From: Candidatus Korarchaeum cryptofilum OPF8
Lineage (GTDB): Archaea; Korarchaeota; Korarchaeia; Korarchaeales; Korarchaeaceae
Length of the DNA: 32,000 nt
Assembly (NCBI RefSeq): GCF_000019605.1
Contig: NC_010482.1
Location: forward strand, 390,001 to 422,000
Direction of reading: 5' to 3'
Position numbers and translations under genes: made by a program. Positions 21,482 through 27,935 of the stretch are shown here, piece by piece. The notes under the pieces were generated by a model. That model saw only the letters and a program-made list of their open reading frames with translations, was not told where the DNA came from and did not search any database. Every line of letters starts with the position of its first letter. Position 1 is the stretch's first letter.

Positions 21482-22617
21482 GTCACTACCTCCTCCAGCA
21501 TACCTCTCTTCAACGCTTCCCTTATCTCAAGGGCGATCCTCCTACCCACGCTCATCTGAACCCCCCAGAGGTCCTCTGAGTAGGGGGTGAACTTTATCCC
21601 AGGGGATCCAGGGACCCTGACGCTCACATCGTAAACTACTATATCCTCATGAGGCGGGCCGGGGATTACCACGCTTTGGAGAGCGAAAGGACCTATCACT
21701 CCAGGTGGGCATAGCTCTCTCGCCGCTCTCACAAATCTCTCAGCTAGTTCGAAAGCTCCCTCCAAGAGCGACTCCCTTATCGTGCAAGCCACGTGCCCCA
21801 CCTCTATATTCCTCACCTCAAGATACCTCAAAGCTTCGAGCTGCTGTGTAGCGGGCAGCCTCACTATACCATCTATATTAGTCTGCCTCCTCATATCGAT
21901 CCCTAGGAGCTCTATCTCACCATCCAGAGGTGAGTAGAAGAAGTTGAAGTTGAAATAGGCCCCTATCAATAGCTCCTCTATGACAGCTTCATCTAAAGCT
22001 TCCTTTTTTATCAAACCCCTCTCTAAAAGCTCCCTGGACCTCTCTTCGAACTCTCTAGGAGAGGATACTATGAAGAAAGCTCTCTCATAGCCTCTAGCCG
22101 CTTCGGATACTTTGACTATAGCTGGCCCGTCTATCTCATCAGGGTCCTTGAATATCCTGGGGTGGGGTATACCGGCCCTCTCGAGCAATTCGTACTGATT
22201 GAGCTCGCCCCCTCTCTCCTCAACCCTGAGCAAGTACCTGTTCCCGAATATAGGTATGTAAAGCGAGTTCTCTATAGCTTCATAACCTACGTATACGCAA
22301 AGGCCTCTATGGGGCACTAAGATAGTGTTCCTCTCCCTTATCTCCTCCTGCACTTCCTCATTCACGATATCCCGGAACTTATCGAGGACGATCACCTCAT
22401 CGATTATCCCGACTCTCCTACCGAACCTCTCCCTTGAGATGTAGTACCTCGAGTAAGTCCTCTCCCTTCCCCTCTGGCATATGACTAGCGTCCTGAAACC
22501 CTCGTCCTTCGCGCCTCTACTTACTTCTAGGGCGGAATGGGTCCCAAGGACACCTATTGTCAGCTCCCGCCCTGAGTAGCCCTCGAGGATCCTCGCTATC
22601 TCCACCCTGCTTACCAT
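21478..22617 (-). CDS. purP: PurP-family ATP-grasp enzyme, second paralog
   Basis: IGVLGTHSALEVSRGAKDEGFRTLVICQRGRERTY... is alignable by eye to the downstream paralog along its whole length. Confidence 0.85.
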   Translation of the reverse strand: MVSRVEIARILEGYSGRELTIGVLGTHSALEVSRGAKDEGFRTLVICQRGRERTYSRYYISRERFGRRVGIIDEVIVLDKFRDIVNEEVQEEIRERNTILVPHRGLCVYVGYEAIENSLYIPIFGNRYLLRVEERGGELNQYELLERAGIPHPRIFKDPDEIDGPAIVKVSEAARGYERAFFIVSSPREFEERSRELLERGLIKKEALDEAVIEELLIGAYFNFNFFYSPLDGEIELLGIDMRRQTNIDGIVRLPATQQLEALRYLEVRNIEVGHVACTIRESLLEGAFELAERFVRAARELCPPGVIGPFALQSVVIPGPPHEDIVVYDVSVRVPGSPGIKFTPYSEDLWGVQMSVGRRIALEIREALKRGMLEEVVT

Positions 22618-22690
22618 CGAGTGAGCTCATCTCACAACGATTAAAAAGGTACATGCGATCGAATTTTATTTGAGGGTATCAGGTAATAGT

Positions 22691-22984
22691 ATGCTCATAG
22701 TCGAGATAGCTGTGGATCCGATAGGCACCAGTTCCCCTAGCGTCGGGGATTACATAAGGAGAGTGGTGGAGGTGATAAAGAGGAGGGGATTGAAGCACTG
22801 GGTAGGGCCCATGGGGACTTCAATCGAGATATCCAGCTTTAAGGAGCTCGGGGAACTCCTCCAAGATATACACGATGAGCTCAACAGACTGGGGGTCATG
22901 AGGATCGTGACCGCTGTGAGGATCGATGATAGGAGGGATAAGGGAATAGACATGGAGTATAAAGTGAGGAGGGCGAGCGGATAA
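22691..22984 (+). CDS. MTH1187/YkoF-like (UPF0045) small ligand-binding protein
   Basis: MLIVEIAVDPIGTSSPSVGDYIRRVVEVIKRRGLKHWVGPMGTSIE matches the MTH1187-family pattern (ferredoxin-like fold; some members bind thiamine or HMP). ATG 22691 is preferred over TTG 22670. Confidence 0.75.
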   Translation: MLIVEIAVDPIGTSSPSVGDYIRRVVEVIKRRGLKHWVGPMGTSIEISSFKELGELLQDIHDELNRLGVMRIVTAVRIDDRRDKGIDMEYKVRRASG

Positions 22985-22991
22985 TAAAACT

Positions 22992-23645
22992 TCAGAAGAT
23001 GACCCTCACCTCCTCCCCCTCTCCCCCTGATGTCTCCAGTATGAACTCCAGGGTGAGGAAGGCGGCTCTCCTGAGCAAGGAGGCATCTACACCAGGAACT
23101 CCAGCGGCCACTATGAGGACTTCCCTCGTTCCCTGAGTTATCATGGTCCTCACACTATCCCTGTGAGGGTAGAGGAAGATAGGGCCATCCTCATCAGCTA
23201 GGACAGGCTCCCCTCCGGACAGGACCTTCTCACCCCCTCCTATCGGCTTGAAGATCTCCCCAGGCCTGGCTAACCTCAGCTCCAGCTTCCCCCTCACTTT
23301 CCCCAGATCGTAGAGGCCTATTGGCACCAATGTGATCGCGCTAGCCGCATTTCCGGAGTCGACGATGCTATTTATAGATGGCAAACCTTCCTTAAGGATC
23401 CTCCTGACTAGGGCTTCGCTGCTGGGCCTCACCTTAGTTGGATCTATTCCTATCCTCCAGTAGAAGTCCCTGTATGCCCTGACTACAGGATCCTCCTTCA
23501 AGCTCTCCAGAGTGTACTTCCTCCTGACCTCCTCAACAGCCAGCTCTATAACCTTACTCCCGGATCCCCTCACCTCCACGCCTCTCGCTCTCGAGAAGGC
23601 TATCGAGATCCCGAGGGCTCTAGCGTCCTCTCCCAGCTCTATCAT
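22992..23645 (-). CDS. B3/B4 domain protein (PheRS beta-subunit B3/4-like, COG3382)
   Basis: DPVVRAYRDFYWRIGIDPTKVRPSSEALVRRILKEGLPSINSIVDSGNAASAITLVPIGLYD is characteristic of stand-alone B3/4 proteins. Confidence 0.75.
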   Translation of the reverse strand: MIELGEDARALGISIAFSRARGVEVRGSGSKVIELAVEEVRRKYTLESLKEDPVVRAYRDFYWRIGIDPTKVRPSSEALVRRILKEGLPSINSIVDSGNAASAITLVPIGLYDLGKVRGKLELRLARPGEIFKPIGGGEKVLSGGEPVLADEDGPIFLYPHRDSVRTMITQGTREVLIVAAGVPGVDASLLRRAAFLTLEFILETSGGEGEEVRVIF

Positions 23646-23824
23646 AATCCCTCAGTAAGATCACCTCCTATTTAAATCAGTACCAAGCGAGATTTACGGG
23701 ATTAAATCTGAGTGAGAGATGCTTGAAGAGGGATCCAAATTCTCGGGGATTCGAGCATACATTAAAGTGGTCAATGCTTTAATTAAACTTAGGGCGGTCA
23801 GGACCTCCTATAGGAGGAGATATC

Positions 23825-24862
23825 ATGTGCCCCATGGGCTTGGATCTAGAGTTAGCTGTAGCAGCTCTGAAGCTCGTTAGGGACATTATGAAAGTGAGGG
23901 AGGGGGAGGAGGTAGTCATAACTGCTGATACTGGCTGTGACTGGAGGGTCGCTGAAGCTACCGCTCAAGCAGCCGCCCAACTTAATGCGAAGCCCATAGT
24001 AGTGTGGTACATGTCCCCCCCAGGTGTGGGGAAGGCAGCAGATCCTCACATACCCCTAAAAGCCTTGAAAGCCCTTTTGAGCGAGTCGGATGTCTGGATT
24101 GAGTTCAATAAATCCTGGTTGCTCTATTCGACACCTTATGAGAGTGCGATGAGCGCCGGTAAGGTTCGTTATATCTGCTTAGTTGGGATGGATGCTGATA
24201 TGGCCACTAGGACTATAGGGAGGGTGAAAGTCCCCCTCCTCTACGAGTTCCAGAGGAGGTTAGCTAGGATAACGGAGAGATCGAGGCATATGAGGATAAA
24301 AACACCGGCTGGAACTGATGTGGAATTTGAGAATGATAGGGAGAGGCCCGTGCTCGTGGAAGGGGAGGTAGAAGGGCCCGGGGAGTACATGCTCTTCGGT
24401 CAGGTTGATTGGGCCCCAGTAGAGGATAGCATAAATGGATCCATAGTATTCGATGGATCCGTATGGCCCCCATCTGAGCTAGGTCTCCTCAGGAGTCCCA
24501 TAAAGCTGCACGTTAGGGATGGGACTATAGTCAAAGTTGAGGGAGGTAGCGAGGCCAAGGTCTTCGAAGCTTGGCTCAAGTCTTTCAAAGATCCGAATAT
24601 GCTCAGGATAGCTCACCTATCCTACGGTTGCAATCCCGGAGCTAAGCTCACTGGGAACATATTGGAGGATGAGAGGGTTTGGGGTTCCTCAGCAGTTTCC
24701 AGAAAGTTAACTTTATATAACCTTATCTGGATATACCTACACGATAAAATTTATAAATTGAGAGATCTCGCATTCTGTGCCCGATATGTGGTGATACGTA
24801 GCACCGAATGGGCACATGCACAGGATGAGGGGAGCCCCGTTGCCCCTGAAAGCCATCAATGA
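23825..24862 (+). CDS. M29 aminopeptidase / NicX-like family protein, with the 3' end apparently replaced (likely truncated or a pseudogene)
   Basis: Family-like sequence runs up to ...LRIAHLSYGCNPGAKLTGNILEDERVWGS (about 24690). The last ~55 codons are AT-rich promoter-like DNA and structured RNA-like sequence with no family resemblance. GGAGG lies 7 nt upstream of ATG 23825. Confidence 0.7.
   Translation: MCPMGLDLELAVAALKLVRDIMKVREGEEVVITADTGCDWRVAEATAQAAAQLNAKPIVVWYMSPPGVGKAADPHIPLKALKALLSESDVWIEFNKSWLLYSTPYESAMSAGKVRYICLVGMDADMATRTIGRVKVPLLYEFQRRLARITERSRHMRIKTPAGTDVEFENDRERPVLVEGEVEGPGEYMLFGQVDWAPVEDSINGSIVFDGSVWPPSELGLLRSPIKLHVRDGTIVKVEGGSEAKVFEAWLKSFKDPNMLRIAHLSYGCNPGAKLTGNILEDERVWGSSAVSRKLTLYNLIWIYLHDKIYKLRDLAFCARYVVIRSTEWAHAQDEGSPVAPESHQ
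24701..24720 (+). promoter_or_regulatory. Strong BRE/TATA promoter inside the 3' tail of the M29-like ORF
   Basis: agaaagttaaCTTTATATAA, with a second TTTATAAA at 24750-24757. Confidence 0.5.
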
Positions 24863-24984
24863 GGATAGCAGCAGTGCTATCCGAGATGGAACGGGTAGTA
24901 AATGTTAACTACCCGACAACGGAGATTATGGCTGAAGCAAGCGATACTCGGAATGCATGATTGGAGCGATCGATAGACTTTTTT
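24745..24984 (+). ncRNA. Candidate structured non-coding RNA or long structured leader, class unknown
   Basis: A BRE/TATA lies upstream. Nested helices: 24770-75/24951-56, 24776-82/24810-16, 24790-93/24802-05, 24851-56/24928-33, 24863-70/24875-82 and 24892-98/24909-15. A T6 run at 24979-24984 could act as the terminator. The ends are estimates only. Confidence 0.35.
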
Positions 24985-26268
24985 CATGTAGAAACTAGCG
25001 TTCCTCTCATTAAGTTCGGAGCCCATCGAAGGAAATGGGAACCGTTATACCGCTGCGTTGGCAGATCACCGGGTGAGAGGCTGAGTAGGAATTCGATCAA
25101 GTTTTTAGCAGCTCTTCTGCTCCTCATCATGGGTGCACTAGTGCTATATGAGAGGAAGCCCGGCTTCGTTGTGGCGAGTCCCCTCGATTCTTACACGGAT
25201 TTCTCAATGGACCTCACCTCCAGGATAGGGCTAGGGGAGAGGAACACAGCTATTTCCCCATATAGCGTCTACATCGCCCTTCTCATGCTGACAGAAGGTG
25301 CTGGAGGCGATACTAAGGACGAGCTCATGAGAGCGATGAGGATCTCCTCCCTGGATGAAGCTAGAAATTGGTTCAACGCGAGCATCGAGAGGTTCACGGG
25401 TGTCGAGAGAGGGGCGAGGGCTGAGGTAGCTGACAGCGTATGGGTGAAGGAGGGATTCCCGGTCAGTGAGAAATATCTGGAGGTCGTCAGAAAATACTAC
25501 TTAGCTGAAGTGCTCAGCTTCAGAGATCCAGCTGATGCCGTGCCCAGGATAAATGGATGGATCTTCAATAGAACTAACGGGCTGATAGATAAGGTAGTCG
25601 ATGAACTGGATCCTAGAGCTGTGGTAGTGCTAGTGAATACGATCTACTTCAAGGCGAACTGGACGATTCCGTTCGAGAGAGTTGAGAAGGGGGATTTCCA
25701 CTCCCCTGATGGCATTGAGACAGCTGACTATCTCAGGGGCCGAGTTAAGGCCAATTACTTAGATGCTGGGGATTACGTAGCTCTGGCCCTCAGTTATAGT
25801 GGTACTGATGTCAAGTTCGTCGTCCTCATGCCTAAGGGCGATCTGAAAGGATTCTTGGGTGGCATGGGGAGGGAGAAGCTGCTGGAGATATTCGAGAAGC
25901 TCTTCAACTCGTCTGAGAGTGATATAGACCTATCATTACCGAAGTTCGATATAGATAGCGGCCCCCTCGACCTCGAAAGCGTGCTGGTATCGATGGGCAT
26001 GAAGAAGATATTCATCCCAGGGGAGGCTGATTTAAGCCCCATGGTGGAGGGGAGCGAGGAGCTGTGCGTCGATAAAGTGCTGCACAGGGCTAGGGTGAAG
26101 GTGGATCTCTACGGGACCGAGGCTGCTGCTGCGACAGCCGTAATAATAAGATTGACAGCAATGCCTTCCCAGGAGATCTCAGTGAAGATAGACAGGCCCT
26201 TCGCTTTCTTCCTAGTCGATCCAGAAAATAAGGCGATACTCTTCGCTGGGAGCTTCGTCCATCCTTAA
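24961..26268 (+). CDS. Serpin (serine protease inhibitor) with an N-terminal signal-anchor
   Basis: SPYSVYIALLMLTEGAGGDTKDELMRAM, NTIYFKANWTIPF, hinge and reactive-centre loop GTEAAAATAVIIRLTAMPSQ, DRPFAFFLVD. TM segment IKFLAALLLLIMGALVLY. The only in-frame start upstream of the TM is TTG 24961. ATG 25129 is an alternative that would remove the anchor. Confidence 0.85.
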   Translation: MERSIDFFHVETSVPLIKFGAHRRKWEPLYRCVGRSPGERLSRNSIKFLAALLLLIMGALVLYERKPGFVVASPLDSYTDFSMDLTSRIGLGERNTAISPYSVYIALLMLTEGAGGDTKDELMRAMRISSLDEARNWFNASIERFTGVERGARAEVADSVWVKEGFPVSEKYLEVVRKYYLAEVLSFRDPADAVPRINGWIFNRTNGLIDKVVDELDPRAVVVLVNTIYFKANWTIPFERVEKGDFHSPDGIETADYLRGRVKANYLDAGDYVALALSYSGTDVKFVVLMPKGDLKGFLGGMGREKLLEIFEKLFNSSESDIDLSLPKFDIDSGPLDLESVLVSMGMKKIFIPGEADLSPMVEGSEELCVDKVLHRARVKVDLYGTEAAAATAVIIRLTAMPSQEISVKIDRPFAFFLVDPENKAILFAGSFVHP

Positions 26269-26634
26269 CCTTCAAGCTCTTCCCCCTTCACCTCCTCAAC
26301 TTTCTCCTGAGGCTCCCCATCCTGACCCCTTCAGGATGTTAAACTGAATCATCTAATTCCAAATAAGAAATATTCTACTTATGCTCCAATCCCTGGTATG
26401 ACTCTCTTACCCCAAGGCCTCATCAATCCCAGAATATTAGAGAGCTCCCGGGGCTTAATAGGTAACTTAGATGCCAGATCGCTGCTCCAATTCTCCTCTA
26501 CTGAATAGGATCTGGATCCTTAAGCAAGCGTCGAGAGTAGCCGATTTATTTGAGGAAATGTTTCCGAACAGTAAGTTCAACAAAATTCCCTCTAGGAATT
26601 CATATAATCTATGGAGTAGCCTAAAAACTTTGAA

Positions 26635-27015
26635 TTATATGGCCCCTATCAACCTGAGGAGTATTGGAATTACAGTCGCTCCCCATATCGTCAGAATGAT
26701 CCCTATGACCCATTTAAAGTCGCTGTGCATCTCCTTCCTCAACTGATTAATTTCCTCCCTCAGCTGTGTTATCTTTTGGTCCACTTCTACCCTCAACTGG
26801 TTCATTTCCCCTCTCAACTGATTAATTTCCTCCCTCAATTGGTTAATCTCTCCCCTCAACTCCCTTATGTCTTCCTTTTTGGCCACGTCAGCTATAATCG
26901 AATTTATCATCAAAATTCTCACATCCGGTTCCGTCACGAGAAGCTCCGCGAGCCTCTTCCTCAGCCTCTTATCAGCTTCTATCTCATTTATCACCCTCTC
27001 CGCGAGCGGCTCCAT
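26635..27015 (-). CDS. Coiled-coil protein with a C-terminal TM anchor (DUF1640-like)
   Basis: VAKKEDIRELRGEINQLREEINQLRGEMNQLRVEVDQKITQLREEINQLRKEM, followed by KWVIGIILTIWGATVIPILLRLIGAI. Confidence 0.7.
   Translation of the reverse strand: MEPLAERVINEIEADKRLRKRLAELLVTEPDVRILMINSIIADVAKKEDIRELRGEINQLREEINQLRGEMNQLRVEVDQKITQLREEINQLRKEMHSDFKWVIGIILTIWGATVIPILLRLIGAI
26738..26837 (-). repeat. Heptad-encoding 21-bp periodic repeats, including a 25-nt exact duplicate
   Basis: ctcaactgattaatttcctccctca occurs at 26738-26762 and again at 26813-26837, with related 21-nt units in between. Confidence 0.85.
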
Positions 27016-27430
27016 TCGACATCACTCAGAATTGGAGAGAGAAATATATAAACTTCACTGGGGAAAAGTTTTCCTAGGCGCACGCTTTTCTCTCACTTCA
27101 GTGCAACTGTTGTTCGGCTATTCAAGTTACCTCTAATGAGCCCATTTCCCTAGGTCAAGCGTAGAGTCTTCGCTCAGGGGGAAATCTTACTTCGAAATCA
27201 CGTGATGCTGAGGTGTGAAGCGATCCTCAGAGCTACTCATAGATGAGCTATATATTCTTTCAGGGAATTAGTAGCTTTCATAAAATCCCCCTCAAGCCGA
27301 AATTATCCTTCAAGTCCCTCATCTCCTTAATCGATTCGCCTAACCTGAGGCCCACTCGAACCTCGGCCATTGAGCTAGACCACACGAGCTATAAGATTAG
27401 CTCCACGCTCAAATATAAGCTCGGCGGCAG

Positions 27431-27440
27431 ATTTTTATTC
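27431..27440 (+). promoter_or_regulatory. TATA box of the antitoxin/PIN module
   Basis: atttttattc lies about 25 nt upstream of ATG 27461. Confidence 0.45.
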
Positions 27441-27460
27441 TCGAAAAATGATAATAATTG

Positions 27461-27685
27461 ATGCCCAGCATCGAGGAGTGGGAGGAGCTTGAGGAGGAAG
27501 CCAGGGAGCTGAGGAGGAGGGAAGCTGATTGGGATTTCATAGAGTCGCAGCCCCCAAGGTTGAGGGCAGCCCTGAAGTTCTATGTGGAGACGGGGGACCT
27601 TTACGTAGCATCCAGGATAGCCGATATGAGCATAGAGGAGTTCAACGATCTCAGGAAGAGGGCGAGGATTCCGAATGTCTGCTGA
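27461..27685 (+). CDS. UPF0175-family antitoxin-like protein
   Basis: The C-terminal LKFYVETGDLYVASRIADMSIEEFNDLRKRARIP resembles the UPF0175 HTH tail. The gene overlaps the following PIN-like ORF by 11 nt. Confidence 0.6.
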   Translation: MPSIEEWEELEEEARELRRREADWDFIESQPPRLRAALKFYVETGDLYVASRIADMSIEEFNDLRKRARIPNVC

Positions 27686-27935
27686 GGCCTTCGCTATAGC
27701 CGATACTTGCTTTCTAATAGATTGGGCATCTTGGAGGCAGAGGGACCTCTTATTCAAGCTCTTCAAAACAGTTTTCGTCCCCGAATCTGTCATCAAGGAG
27801 ATATCTATTCTCAAGGCCTCGGCCAGCCGCATATATCGTTGGCGCATATTATGCCTGAGATTACCGCAGCCTCCACTCCCCCTCCGGGGAAAGTCGATGC
27901 CCCCACCAAATAGAGGCCCCTTATCGGCGTCTTGA
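27675..27935 (+). pseudogene. Truncated PIN-domain (DUF3368-type) toxin remnant
   Basis: The first ~45 aa, AIADTCFLIDWASWRQRDLLFKLFKTVFVPESVIKEI, fit the DUF3368 PIN N-terminus. After ~27805 the frame runs antisense through the genuine 3' end of the 27811..29832 gene and loses all family resemblance. Confidence 0.5.

Noticed and set aside
23690-23770. tRNA search: ggggattcgagc (revcomp gctcgaatcccc) looked T-arm-like. All other spacers were also scanned for GGTTCRAATCC and its complement.
   Set aside because: There is no 5-bp stem with a 7-nt T-loop geometry, no acceptor or D-arm partners, and no other candidates. I conclude there are no tRNA genes in the window.
24845-24937. Possible RNase P RNA: cuGAAAGCCauc ... 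gACAacggagattATGGCTga loosely resembles the CR-I (GAAAGUCC) and CR-V (ACAGAA..GGCUUA) strands of helix P4.
   Set aside because: The paired strands enclose only ~70 nt with two simple hairpins. There is no P2/P4 pseudoknot topology, the ACA-to-helix spacing is wrong, and no other conserved regions are recognisable. SRP RNA (no GGAA/AGCA helix-8 motif), H/ACA (hairpins lack pockets) and C/D-box (no RUGAUGA/CUGA pairs at proper spacing) also do not fit. The class is left unknown pending a covariance-model scan.
26471-26746. 91-aa plus-strand ORF in the spacer after the serpin. Short acidic-tail fragments also occur on the minus strand at 26275-26340.
   Set aside because: Atypical codon composition, no promoter or SD, and the 3' end overlaps the coiled-coil gene in antisense. 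The minus-strand fragments are interrupted by stops. Probably decayed DNA rather than genes.
27278-27370. 30-aa minus-strand ORF MAEVRVGLRLGESIKEMRDLKDNFGLRGIL, vaguely like the N-terminus of AbrB/SpoVT-type antitoxins.
   Set aside because: Too short, no partner gene, and the similarity is weak. At best it is another remnant.
27389-27847. 152-aa minus-strand ORF antisense to the antitoxin/PIN locus.
   Set aside because: No recognisable motifs. The plus strand carries family-like UPF0175 and PIN N-terminal sequences plus a correctly spaced TATA. Its 3' (low-coordinate) part would also run into the plus-strand promoter. Treated as a shadow ORF.
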